DNA from: a bacterium
Lineage (GTDB): Bacteria > RBG-13-61-14 > DATKZS01
DNA length: 64,000 nt
Assembly: GCA_963674965.2 (NCBI GenBank)
Contig: CAXXFL010000003.1
Location: 256,001-320,000 of the forward strand
Direction of reading: 5' to 3'
Part shown: in pieces, positions 27,462 to 37,335 of the stretch
Numbering within the stretch: the first letter of the stretch is position 1
Layout: every line of letters starts with the position of its first letter
Made by a program: the position numbers and the translations under genes
Notes under the pieces: generated by a model
The model's input: the letters and a program-made list of their open reading frames with translations, nothing else
Told to the model about the DNA's origin: nothing
Databases searched by the model: none

Positions 27462-28844
27462 ATGCGCTTTTTCCAGAAGGGTTTTCTGAAGATTATCGCT
27501 TTATTAGGCGTAACGTCGGCCGTTGCCGGCTTAGGACCTTTAACCATGCCGACCCGGGCCCTGGCCCAGGACGAGACCATACCGATCATCGACGTGTCCA
27601 AAATACCCCGGCCGCCCATCGTGGCCGTGCCCGATTTTCGGCCTATGAACGACATGTCCAGGGGCGACGACGCGGGCTTTCGGCTGGGCCGCTCGACCCG
27701 CGAGACTATCGACTTCACGGGCCTTTGCGAGGTGGCCGACCCGGCCCTTTACCCCACCTCGATGGCCTCGGGCACCGAGGCCGAGGACTTCTCAGCCTGG
27801 AAGGCCCTTGGCGCCGAGTACCTGATCCGGGGCGACTTCGAGCGGCTCGACGGGGGCAGGTACAAGGTCGAGTTCCGCCTTTTCGACGTGAGGCTGCAAA
27901 AGATGGAACTGGGCAAGCGCTACACGGGCGAGCGCGACGCCCTGGACCGCATGGTCATGAAGTTCATGGACGAGTTCATCGGTTTCCTTCGTCCCGGCAA
28001 CAAGAAGGGCGCCCTGGACTCGAAGATAGCCTACATCACCGACAAGTCGGGACGGAGCGAGGTCCACATGATGGACACCGACGGCTCCCACGACACGGCC
28101 ATCACCTCGAACCACACCCTTAACGTCTCTCCCGCCTGGTCCCACGACGGCAAGTACCTGCTTTACACCAGCTACCGCGCCCGCAACCCGGACCTTTACA
28201 TCCGCGACGTGTACAAGGGAAGCGAGATCAAGTTCTTCTCCGCCCGGGGCCTCAACACGGCGGGCGAGTTCAGTCCCGACGGCTCGAGGGTGGCCTTCTC
28301 CCGGGAGGGTGACGACGGCAACATCGATATCTATATCATCGGGGTGAACGGCAAGGGGCTCAAAAGGGTGACCACCTCCTCGGCCATCGAGGTCTCGCCC
28401 ACCTGGTCGCCGGACGGAAACTTCATGGCCTTCGTGTCGGACCGGACGGGCCGGCCCCAGATATACCTTCTCGATCTCCGCCAGGGGGCGGAGGGAACGT
28501 CCAATCCCGCGGTCAGACTGACCTACCAGGGCGACTACAACACCTCACCCGCCTGGTCGCCCGACGGCCGCAAGCTGGCCTACACGGGCAGGACCGGCGG
28601 ACAGTTCGACCTTTATCTTATCATAATGGAGGCCTCGGACCGGCCCGTGAAGCGCATTACCCAGACCATGGCCAACGAGGAAAACCCCTCCTGGTCGCCC
28701 GACGGCCTTTTCCTGGTTTACGATTCCAACCGGTACGGCAATTACGACATATATATCATCAGTATCTATAAAAAAGTCCCCAGGCGGCTGACCACCGGAT
28801 CGGCCAAGGACAGGATGGCCACCTGGTCGCCCAAGGTCAACTAG
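27462..28844 (+). CDS. tolB: Tol-Pal system beta-propeller protein TolB
   Basis: Signal peptide, N-terminal alpha/beta domain and six PD40-type (S/P)xWSPDG repeats; followed by pal. Confidence 0.9.
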   Translation: MRFFQKGFLKIIALLGVTSAVAGLGPLTMPTRALAQDETIPIIDVSKIPRPPIVAVPDFRPMNDMSRGDDAGFRLGRSTRETIDFTGLCEVADPALYPTSMASGTEAEDFSAWKALGAEYLIRGDFERLDGGRYKVEFRLFDVRLQKMELGKRYTGERDALDRMVMKFMDEFIGFLRPGNKKGALDSKIAYITDKSGRSEVHMMDTDGSHDTAITSNHTLNVSPAWSHDGKYLLYTSYRARNPDLYIRDVYKGSEIKFFSARGLNTAGEFSPDGSRVAFSREGDDGNIDIYIIGVNGKGLKRVTTSSAIEVSPTWSPDGNFMAFVSDRTGRPQIYLLDLRQGAEGTSNPAVRLTYQGDYNTSPAWSPDGRKLAYTGRTGGQFDLYLIIMEASDRPVKRITQTMANEENPSWSPDGLFLVYDSNRYGNYDIYIISIYKKVPRRLTTGSAKDRMATWSPKVN

Positions 28845-28866
28845 CCGTTCGTCTCAGGAGAGAAAG

Positions 28867-29610
28867 ATGACTCGATATGCCTCACGGCCCGCCGTTGTAC
28901 TTCTATTAACCGTGCTGTCCTTTACCGTGACCTCCTGCTGGCGCGAGGCCGAGAAGGCCATCGACGCCGCCGAGGTCGCCTTGAAGGACGCGAAAAAGGC
29001 CGACGCCGACGAGTACGCTCCCGTCGAGTACCAGTCCGCGGAGGACAGCCTCGCGGCGGCCAGGGACCACTACGATTACTCCCGCTATCAAAAGGCCAGG
29101 GAGGAGGCGGAAAAAAGCCAGGACATGTCCCGGCTCGCCCACCAGAAGGCCCTCGAGGAAAAGGCGCGAACCGACGAGGAAACGCGCAAGGCCAGGATGG
29201 AACAACTGGCGGTGATGAACACATACAACCCCTCGAGCCTCTTCGACGAGGACGTGCCCAGGCCGCCGGACAAGAACGCGCTATTGAAGGACGTCTATTT
29301 CGGGGTCGACTCCGAGGTCCTCTCCGCTGAGGCGCAATCGACCCTCTCCGAGGTGGCCGCCTGGCTTAGAGCCAACGACTTCGTCAAAATCGAGATCGAG
29401 GGCCACTGCGACGAAAGAGGGACCGAGGAATATAACCAGGCCCTCGGCGCCAAAAGGGCCCAGACCGTCAAGTCCTACCTCGTCTCCCTCGGCGTCCCCT
29501 CCTCCCGACTCCGAACCATCAGCTACGGAGAGTCCGTCCCCAAAGACCCCGGCCACGACGAGGCCGCCTGGGCAAGAAACAGACGGGCCCACTTCGCCAT
29601 TCTGAGGTGA
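28867..29610 (+). CDS. pal: Peptidoglycan-associated lipoprotein with an extra N-terminal helical (DUF4398-like) domain
   Basis: Lipobox VTSC; IEGHCDERGTEEYNQALGAKRA, ISYGE, NRRA; Ala/Glu/Lys-rich helical segment containing ADEYAP. Confidence 0.88.
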   Translation: MTRYASRPAVVLLLTVLSFTVTSCWREAEKAIDAAEVALKDAKKADADEYAPVEYQSAEDSLAAARDHYDYSRYQKAREEAEKSQDMSRLAHQKALEEKARTDEETRKARMEQLAVMNTYNPSSLFDEDVPRPPDKNALLKDVYFGVDSEVLSAEAQSTLSEVAAWLRANDFVKIEIEGHCDERGTEEYNQALGAKRAQTVKSYLVSLGVPSSRLRTISYGESVPKDPGHDEAAWARNRRAHFAILR

Positions 29611-29708
29611 ATAATTGTCCGCCTCCGGCGCTCAATCGCGGGACGAGAATAGGACCCTCGCCCCCAGCGTTATGGGGTTTCAATTTCGTTTCTGATGAAA
29701 TCCGTTCA

Positions 29709-31325
29709 TTATCGGCCTGAAAACATCTTCTTCACTTTATAGGCCCGGGAGCGAAGGGCTCGGGCCAGGCCCAGCTTCCAGTTGGCCGCTCGCAGGAAAA
29801 GGCAAAGGGCCTGGTGGAGTATAATCGGCCGCTCCCGCAAAAACCTCGAGCGCGAAAGGAGCCGGACAAGGGCCCGGGGCGCGACGTGGAAGGAGTCGGA
29901 AAAGCCGTCCGAGAAAAAGAGCAGCTCCATCCTCTTGCGCGAATATTTCAGGGCCTCGATCCAGGCCAGGGTCATGAAGAAGGAGTTGTCCTTGTCCCGG
30001 CCGCTGAAGTGGTTGGCCCAAAGCCCGGTAAATCCCTTTTTCGAGACGTGGTCCATGTCCTCGGGCGAGATGGTCCCGTCGGCCAGGGCCCGCTCGGCTA
30101 TCTTGGATCCCGGCAGGTAGCAGAGCGAGAATATCTTGAAGTTGTGGGGGCGGGAAAGGCTCAGCATCAGCTCGAGGGTCCGCTCCAGGTCCTCGCCGTT
30201 TTCATAGGGGTCGTTGAAGATAAAGTCGTACCACGTGGACAGGCCCGCGTCGTGACAGGCCTCGGACGCCCGCTTTATCTCCTCGTCCGTCTCGGGACGC
30301 CCGTACTCCTCGAGCCTGGCCCGCTCCGAGCCGCTTTGCACGCCCATGTGAACCGACACCCCGCCGGCGTCCTTCATGCTTTGCGCGAACTCGGCCGTCA
30401 CCGACTTGGGATGAAGCTCGACCACGAAGGGCAATTTTATTTTTTCCTTATAAGCCTCGAAAAAGGGACCGCTCCATTTTTTGTTGGCGCTGAAGAGCTC
30501 GTCCTGAAACCCCACCGCCCGGACGTCCAGTTTTTCCCTGGCCCCCTCGAGTTCCAGGATCACGTTCTCGGGCGAGCGCTTCCGGAGGTAGGGACCGGCG
30601 GCGCCATAGATTTTCCTGAACGCGTCGTTACAGCAAAAGGTGCATTTGAACGGGCATCCCCTCGAGGCCACGATGGTGTAGAGAATGGGCTTGTCAGGGT
30701 CCAGGTAGGAATCCTTCTCGAGAAGTTCGTCTCCCTCGATGGTATAGGCCTTGAACCCGCCGATGGAGGGAAACCCGAGCGCGTCAAGGTCCTGGATAAG
30801 CGGCCTGATCGGGTTCCTCACCAGCTCGCCCCCCTCCCGAAGGCAAAGGTTGGGAACGCCTTTATAAGACGAGCCGTCCCGGAGCGCCCTCATAAGGTCA
30901 ACCATGGCGCCCTCGCCCTCGCCCACGCAAACCAGGTCCGCGTGATCGAGGCACTCCTCCGGCATAAGGGTGGGATGGCTCCCGCCCCATATCACCATCG
31001 AGCCGGCCCGCCTGGCCATCTCGGATATCCTCACCGCCATGTCCAGGGCGAAGCTGCGAAAGCTCACGCCCAGAACGTCGGGACGGCGCCGGGCCAGGAG
31101 CTCCTCCAACAGCTCGTACTCCCGCTCGGTGGGCCAGTAGGTGAAAGGCTCGGGCCTGTGTCTGAACCCTCCCTTCGTGAGGTTCTCCCGGAAAAGGATG
31201 AGGTCGCACTCGAAACCGCCGGCCATAAGCTCGGCCTGGATTATCCGGGGCCCGAGGGCGTAAACGTCGTAGATACTGACCAGCGCCGCGCGCGGCTTGG
31301 TGGTGGATTTATTATTGTCGGTCAT
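29709..31325 (-). CDS. B12-binding domain radical SAM protein
   Basis: WGGSHPT, VCVGEGE, SRGCPFKCTFC (CxxxCxxC), GVQSGS. Confidence 0.92.
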   Translation of the reverse strand: MTDNNKSTTKPRAALVSIYDVYALGPRIIQAELMAGGFECDLILFRENLTKGGFRHRPEPFTYWPTEREYELLEELLARRRPDVLGVSFRSFALDMAVRISEMARRAGSMVIWGGSHPTLMPEECLDHADLVCVGEGEGAMVDLMRALRDGSSYKGVPNLCLREGGELVRNPIRPLIQDLDALGFPSIGGFKAYTIEGDELLEKDSYLDPDKPILYTIVASRGCPFKCTFCCNDAFRKIYGAAGPYLRKRSPENVILELEGAREKLDVRAVGFQDELFSANKKWSGPFFEAYKEKIKLPFVVELHPKSVTAEFAQSMKDAGGVSVHMGVQSGSERARLEEYGRPETDEEIKRASEACHDAGLSTWYDFIFNDPYENGEDLERTLELMLSLSRPHNFKIFSLCYLPGSKIAERALADGTISPEDMDHVSKKGFTGLWANHFSGRDKDNSFFMTLAWIEALKYSRKRMELLFFSDGFSDSFHVAPRALVRLLSRSRFLRERPIILHQALCLFLRAANWKLGLARALRSRAYKVKKMFSGR

Positions 31326-31653
31326 GAGCGGATATTATACACTCGCACGGAAGGCGGCGACAAACCGGCCGAGTATTGAGCGCTCGATCTTTCCATGAGG
31401 GTCGCCTTATTTTATCGTTCAGGCTGGCCCGCGTCATCAATACCGATGGGAGTAAGGATCGATTGCTTGCGAAATTCCTTGCGAGCCTTGCGGCCGGCCC
31501 TAACGCGCTGTATTATAATATTGTCCTGGTTGGCCACGCGGTATTCGCCGGCCCCGCTTCAATGTATCTCTCCAGAGGACCGATATCATTTATGAATTTT
31601 GCCGTTTTCGTTTCCAAACGAAAGGGAGCGGCGCTTTATCGGGAGATAATGAA

Positions 31654-31881
31654 TTGACTAAAGAATGCCAGAATCTAATTAACTGCGGTTTTTTCAAGAA
31701 ACACGGGGTCAGCAAGGACCTTTCATGCCAGGGCTTCATCCTCAAATACTGCACCGGCCCGAAAATGGACCAGTGCAAAAGAAAGGAATACTTCCAGCAA
31801 AACGGGACCATGCCCCCCGACGACATGCTCCCCAACGGCCGCATACTGGTGACCGGGCCGGAGGACCGCGGGGAAGAGTAG
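31654..31881 (+). CDS. Small Cys-rich hypothetical protein (putative metal-binding)
   Basis: ECx5CGFF...YCx7CKR...PDDMLPNG pattern; TTG start after GGGAGA. Confidence 0.7.
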   Translation: MTKECQNLINCGFFKKHGVSKDLSCQGFILKYCTGPKMDQCKRKEYFQQNGTMPPDDMLPNGRILVTGPEDRGEE

Positions 31882-32280
31882 GCTAACCTTCCTTTCAATA
31901 TCCTCTTTTCCCGGGGCCTTCGCAATTTAATGCCAGGCCTTTCCCATCTCAGCTATCTGTTCATCCCCAGAATTTTATAAATAATACCTCAAGAAAAAAA
32001 GAGTTTTTTTTACGGCGTGAGGCATGGTTTGGAAAAACGCCGCATTGCCAGGCCCGCCTGGCCGGGGAGAGGTGGCGGGCGATGAATAATCCAAACGGGG
32101 ACGCTTAAGTCCGAAAGCCATCAGCGGTGTTTTGGGCATGGAAATTGATATTCAACTCCTGGGATATTGGCTGGGACCAAAAAAAGGAAGGTCCGTAAGA
32201 AGTGGCGGTTAAATATTTATAATTGCGGGGATTTTATCCGCCGATGTCCCGGAGGTTTCCTTTGATGCGGGAGATTTAGT

Positions 32281-32341
32281 TGATTATAAGTAAATTAAAT
32301 TAATATATAATTACATATAATTATATATAATTATAATAAAA
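32281..32341. repeat. Extremely AT-rich tract with 10-bp periodic ATATAATTA repeats
   Basis: TAATATATAATTACATATAATTATATATAATTATAATAAA upstream of the hybrid kinase. Confidence 0.8.
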
Positions 32342-32500
32342 AGATTTTGCCCGGACGATAAGAAGGAATCGAGAAGAAAAGGATGAGAAGAGCAACATGC
32401 CGAATTCGCTAAATAAAAATTGCAAGGCCCATGATTTTGCCAAGGGCGGGAATCGGCTGGACGTTTTTTCCCGATATCGGAAATTTGGCGGAGAGAATTG

Positions 32501-35500
32501 ATGAGTTACGACGCTAAAACTCGCGAGGAATTGATAAGGGAAATCGAGGACCTTAAAAAGAGGATCGAGCGTCACGAGGAGTCGGAAAGGGAGCGCAACC
32601 GGGTGGAACGGGAACTCCGTCGGGAGCACGACCGGAACCAGCTTTACCTGGACACGGCCGGCGTAATCCTTGTCGCCCTTGACAGGGAGGGCAAGGTCTC
32701 TCTTATCAATCGGGCTGGCCGGGAGATACTCGGGTTCGAGGAGCGCCAAATTCTTGGCCAGTCCTGGTTCGATCGCTTCCTTCCCGCCGACGCTCGGGCC
32801 AAGACCAGGGAAATCTTCGCGAGGCTCATGAAGGGCGAACTCGAGGCGGTCAAGCAGGCGGAAGGCCGCATACTTTGCCGTGACGGGTCCGAGCGGGAGG
32901 TACTGTGGACCAATTCCCTTATCTGGGACGACGGCGGCGAGATCATGGGCACGCTCAGCTCGGGTCTCGACGTGACGGGTGAGAAGTCGGCCCGCCGGGA
33001 GCTTCGGGAAAGCGAGGAAAAATTCCGCACCATCGCGGGTTCGGCCCAGGACGCCATCATCATGATGGACGGGAGCGGCAAAATTACCTTCTGGAACGAG
33101 GCGGCCCGTGACATCTTCGGTTGGGACTCGGGTGAAGTAATAGGCGAGGACCTCCACCGGGTGATCGCTCCCCAAAAGTATCATGAGGCCTACTCCCGGG
33201 GGCTTGGCCGCTTCTGGAAGGACGGGAGCGGCGCGGCGGTGGGCAACACCCTCGAGCTTACGGCCCTTCGCAAGGATGGTTTCGAGTTTCCCATCGAGAT
33301 ATCCGTGGCGGGCGTCGAGATGGGCGGCGAATGGCACGCGGTGGGCATCATTCGCGACATTACCGGGCGCAAGCTCGTGGAGGAGACCCTTCGCGAGAAC
33401 GAGGAGAAGTTCCGTACCATTTGCGACTCGGCCCAGGACGCCATCGTGATGATGGACCATCACGGCTCGGTCTCTTTCTGGAACGACGCGGCGGAGAAGA
33501 TATTCGGGTGGACGGCGGAGGAAACCTTTGGCGCGAACCTTCACGATCTCCTCGCTCCGCCGCGCTATCGAGAGGCCTCGGGCAAGGCCCTGGCCTCCTA
33601 TTTTCGGACCGGCCACGGCTCGGCCATCGGCAAGACCGTGTCCCTGGGCGCGATCAGAAAGGACGGCCGGGAGATACCGGTCGAGCTGTCCCTCGCCTCG
33701 GTCCATCTTCACGGGCAAAGGAGCGCCGTGGGCATCGTAAGGGACGTGACCGAGAGAAAGCGGATGGAGAGCAAGCTCAGCGAGAGCGAGGCCCGCATGA
33801 AGACGGTGCTCGAGGCCATCCATACCGGCGTGGTGGTGATAGACGCCGAGACTCGGGTCATTCTCGACGTGAACCCCTCCGCCGTCAAAATGATCGGGGC
33901 GCCCCGCGAAAAAATCGTCGGCAACGTCTGCCATCGCTTCATTTGTCCGCAGGGGGAGGGAAGGTGCCCAGTGTGCGACCTCAACCAGACGGTCGAGGAC
34001 GCGGAGGGGGTCCTGCTCCGGCCCAACGGCGGGCAGATTACCGTGCTTAAGACGGTGGTGCCGGTAACGATCCTGGGCAGGAAATGCCTCCTTGACTGCT
34101 TCGTGGACATTACCGAGAGAAAGAAAGCCGAGCTGGCACTGCACGAGGCCAAGGAGGCGGCCGAGGCCGCGGCCAGGGCCAAGAGCGAGTTCCTGGCCAA
34201 CATGAGCCACGAGATCAGGACCCCCATGAACGGAGTGATGGGCATGAACGGACTGCTGCTCGACACGGAGCTTACCCCCGAGCAGCGCGGCTACGCCGAG
34301 GCCGTTCAGAAAAGCGCCGAGTCCCTCTTAACGATCATCAACGACGTTTTGGATTATTCCAAGATCGAGGCGGGGAAAATAGACCTGGAGAAAATCGATT
34401 TCAATCCCCCGTCCCTTTTGGAGGAGGTCAACGACCTCATGGCGGTCAAGGCCCAGGAAAAGGGGATCGAGTACCTTTGCGAGGTCGGACGCGACGTGCC
34501 CTCCCTCTTGGCGGGCGACCAGGGAAGACTGAGGCAGGTGCTGACCAACCTGATCGGCAACGCGGTCAAGTTCACCGAAAAAGGGGAGATACTGGTCAAG
34601 GCCGAGCTCGAGGGGGAGGACGGCCTCGAGGCGGTCGTCAGGTTCTCGGTTACCGACACGGGGATCGGCGTGGATCCCGAGCGGCTCGAGTATCTTTTCC
34701 AGCCCTTCACTCAGGCCGACGCTTCCACCACTCGGAAGTACGGAGGCACCGGGCTTGGTCTGGGCATATCCCGCCGTCTGGCGCGGGCCATGGGCGGGCA
34801 AATCGGGGCCTGGAGCGTTCCCGGCCAAGGCTCGTCCTTCTGGTTCACGGCGCGGCTGGAGAAGCGACAAGGCGGGGCTGGGGTCGATTCCGGCGTGGAC
34901 CGGGACTTGAGGGGCGTGAGGGCGCTTATCGTGGACGATAATAGGACGAACCGCGCGGTGGTAAAAAAGTGGCTCGAGGAATGGGGGGCCGGCTGCGACG
35001 AGGCGGAGGATGGGCTGAAGGCCCTCGATATGACTCGCCGCGCCGCCGCCAATGGGCTCCCGTATCGGGCGGTCCTTATCGACATGCTGATGCCGGGCAT
35101 GGACGGTGAAAGCCTGGCCATGGAAATCAAGAAGGACGACGATATCGGGTCCGCCTCGCTGATCATGATGACCTCGATAGGGGGACTCGCAAGAGAGCGG
35201 GCCAGGGAGATCGGACTTCACTCCCTTTTAACCAAGCCCGTCAAGAAAAAGGAACTTCTGGCGTGTCTGCTTTCGGCCATCCGCGGCCATGATATCAAGG
35301 ACGAAAGCCCGGAAAGGCCCGTTCCCGTTCCAAGGGCCTTGAAAGGCGCCGCCAATAAGGGCCGCCTGATTTTGGTGGCCGAGGATAACCGGATCAACCA
35401 GATGGTGGCCCTTCGCGTGCTGGAGCGGCTGGGGTTCGAGGCCGAGGCGGTGGAGAACGGAAAAGAAGCCGTCTCGGCCGTGGCGGCCGGCAAATACGAT

Positions 35501-36118
35501 CTGGTGCTTATGGACGTGCAGATGCCGGAGATGGACGGGTTCGATGCGACAAAAAGGATACGGTCCGGAGAGGCGGGCGATGAATTCCGCTCGATCCCGA
35601 TAATCGCCATGACCGCTCACGCCATGAAGGGCGACATGGAAAGGTGCCTCGAGGCCGGCATGGACGATTATCTTTCCAAGCCCATCGACTCGTCCATGCT
35701 CGAGGCGGCGGTCAATCTCCACCTTGGCGACGGCCTGGAAAAATCCGCTTTGGACAAGGCGCCCGCCCCGCGCTCGAGGGAGGATGACGCCTTCGACGCC
35801 TCGGTCCTGGAGGAAAAACTGGAAGGAGACGAGGAACTGATTAAAATAATATTGCGGACCTTCCTGGAGGACGCGCCGCTTAGGATAGCCCAGATCAAGG
35901 AGGCGCTCTCGAGGGGCGACGGTGACGGCTATCGCGCTCCGGCCCATTCCTTGAAAGGGGCCTCGAGCAACGTGGGCGCCCGGGACATCCAGGAGTTGGC
36001 GCTTCGCATCGAGAAGGCCGGCACGGACGGCGACGCGGGACTGGCCATGGACCTGGTCGGGACGCTCGAGGAGAAATGGGAGCTTTTCAAAACGGCCGCC
36101 GGCGGCTATATTAATTGA
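32501..36118 (+). CDS. Cytoplasmic hybrid histidine kinase (4xPAS-HisKA-HATPase-REC-REC-Hpt)
   Basis: [37 protein letters not shown], two receiver domains and Hpt AHSLKGAS. Confidence 0.96.
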   Translation: MSYDAKTREELIREIEDLKKRIERHEESERERNRVERELRREHDRNQLYLDTAGVILVALDREGKVSLINRAGREILGFEERQILGQSWFDRFLPADARAKTREIFARLMKGELEAVKQAEGRILCRDGSEREVLWTNSLIWDDGGEIMGTLSSGLDVTGEKSARRELRESEEKFRTIAGSAQDAIIMMDGSGKITFWNEAARDIFGWDSGEVIGEDLHRVIAPQKYHEAYSRGLGRFWKDGSGAAVGNTLELTALRKDGFEFPIEISVAGVEMGGEWHAVGIIRDITGRKLVEETLRENEEKFRTICDSAQDAIVMMDHHGSVSFWNDAAEKIFGWTAEETFGANLHDLLAPPRYREASGKALASYFRTGHGSAIGKTVSLGAIRKDGREIPVELSLASVHLHGQRSAVGIVRDVTERKRMESKLSESEARMKTVLEAIHTGVVVIDAETRVILDVNPSAVKMIGAPREKIVGNVCHRFICPQGEGRCPVCDLNQTVEDAEGVLLRPNGGQITVLKTVVPVTILGRKCLLDCFVDITERKKAELALHEAKEAAEAAARAKSEFLANMSHEIRTPMNGVMGMNGLLLDTELTPEQRGYAEAVQKSAESLLTIINDVLDYSKIEAGKIDLEKIDFNPPSLLEEVNDLMAVKAQEKGIEYLCEVGRDVPSLLAGDQGRLRQVLTNLIGNAVKFTEKGEILVKAELEGEDGLEAVVRFSVTDTGIGVDPERLEYLFQPFTQADASTTRKYGGTGLGLGISRRLARAMGGQIGAWSVPGQGSSFWFTARLEKRQGGAGVDSGVDRDLRGVRALIVDDNRTNRAVVKKWLEEWGAGCDEAEDGLKALDMTRRAAANGLPYRAVLIDMLMPGMDGESLAMEIKKDDDIGSASLIMMTSIGGLARERAREIGLHSLLTKPVKKKELLACLLSAIRGHDIKDESPERPVPVPRALKGAANKGRLILVAEDNRINQMVALRVLERLGFEAEAVENGKEAVSAVAAGKYDLVLMDVQMPEMDGFDATKRIRSGEAGDEFRSIPIIAMTAHAMKGDMERCLEAGMDDYLSKPIDSSMLEAAVNLHLGDGLEKSALDKAPAPRSREDDAFDASVLEEKLEGDEELIKIILRTFLEDAPLRIAQIKEALSRGDGDGYRAPAHSLKGASSNVGARDIQELALRIEKAGTDGDAGLAMDLVGTLEEKWELFKTAAGGYIN

Positions 36119-36152
36119 CGGTTTCTTGAATGTACGAAATGGAGACGGGTGG

Positions 36153-36782
36153 ATGAGAATACTGATAGCGGAGGACGACAACACGTCCCGCCTCGTGCTG
36201 GAGAGCGTTCTTAGGAAGGCCGGGCACGAGGTCATAAGCACGACCGACGGCGCGATGGCCCTGAAGGAGCTCCAGAAACCGGAGGCTCCCAGGCTGGCCA
36301 TACTCGACTGGATGATGCCGGAAATGGACGGCATCGACGTTTGCCGGCGGGTCAGGGCCATGGACAAGGGCGAGAGGGTCTATATACTAATGTTGACGGC
36401 GCTGGGCAACAAGTCGGATATAGTCTCGGGGCTGGACGCGGGCGCCAACGATTACCTGACCAAGCCCTTCAACAACGAGGAGCTTCGGGCCAGGATAAGG
36501 GTCGGCCGGCGGGTGCTCGAGCTCCAGGAGGCCCTGTCCGTCCGGGTGGCCGAGCTGGAGGAGGCCCTTCACCAGGTCAAGACCCTGCAGGGAATAATTC
36601 CCATCTGCATGCACTGCCATAAGATTCGCAACGACGAGGAGTCCTGGCTCCGTATGGAGAGGTACGTCGAGGACCATTCAAACGCGCAGTTCAGTCACAG
36701 CATATGCCCCGAGTGCATGGAGAAATATTATCCGGCCGACGACGAGGAACTCGAGGAGGAGGTGGTGGGGACCGCCGAATAA
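36153..36782 (+). CDS. Response regulator with Cys-rich C-terminal domain
   Basis: MRILIAEDD, LDWMMP, DYLTKPF; C-terminal PICMHCHKIR...FSHSICPEC. Confidence 0.92.
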   Translation: MRILIAEDDNTSRLVLESVLRKAGHEVISTTDGAMALKELQKPEAPRLAILDWMMPEMDGIDVCRRVRAMDKGERVYILMLTALGNKSDIVSGLDAGANDYLTKPFNNEELRARIRVGRRVLELQEALSVRVAELEEALHQVKTLQGIIPICMHCHKIRNDEESWLRMERYVEDHSNAQFSHSICPECMEKYYPADDEELEEEVVGTAE

Positions 36783-36792
36783 GGGGCCGGTC

Positions 36793-37296
36793 TCAATCCT
36801 CCGCCGGCCGATCTTCCTTTTTTCCGAGGGCCCGTTCGATCCTTTTAACGCACGCCACCGGGTCTTTTTTCAAGCGGCATTCCCAAATCCTTATCACGCT
36901 CCAGCCCCGGGCCCGAAGCTCCCGGCTCACCCTGGCGTCCCTCTTCCTGTTGCCCGATATCTTCGTTTCCCATTTCTCCGCGTTCGAGCGGGGCGTAAGG
37001 TTGCGGCCGCAGTCGTGGCCGTGCCAGAAACACCCGTCCACGAACACGGCCACCTTTTGGCGGGGCCAGACGAAGTCGGGCCTGCCGGGAAGGTCCGCGT
37101 GGCGCCTCCATCCCTTAAGACGCCTCGAGCGGAGCGTCTCCATCAGGCGCAGCTCGGTGGACTTGTTGCCCCGCGACCGGATTCGGCTCATGAGCTCGGA
37201 GCGGGTCAGGCCCCCGAAACCGGTCGTCTCGTCCCCGGGTCCCGCGGCCTTGTTTGTTTTATCGCGGGTCTTGTTTTTCGGCGTCCTGGATTTCAT
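36793..37296 (-). CDS. vsr: Very short patch repair endonuclease
   Basis: RSELMSRIRS, LPGRPDFV, VFVDGCFWHGH, W..KI..N..RD, GWSVIRIWEC. The start may lie further downstream. Confidence 0.93.
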   Translation of the reverse strand: MKSRTPKNKTRDKTNKAAGPGDETTGFGGLTRSELMSRIRSRGNKSTELRLMETLRSRRLKGWRRHADLPGRPDFVWPRQKVAVFVDGCFWHGHDCGRNLTPRSNAEKWETKISGNRKRDARVSRELRARGWSVIRIWECRLKKDPVACVKRIERALGKKEDRPAED

Positions 37297-37335
37297 CGCG
37301 CGGTCTTTTTTAAGTCGGTTGACTGGTTTTCCGTT

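Noticed and set aside
32030-32150. Riboswitch or sigma54 site upstream of the hybrid kinase
   Set aside because: GGGACGC is not in a c-di-GMP-I context, and GGCATGGAAATTGA lacks the conserved -12 GC.
32281-32341. Replication origin (oriC)
   Set aside because: No consensus DnaA boxes or dnaA/gidA context were seen; kept only as an unexplained AT tract.
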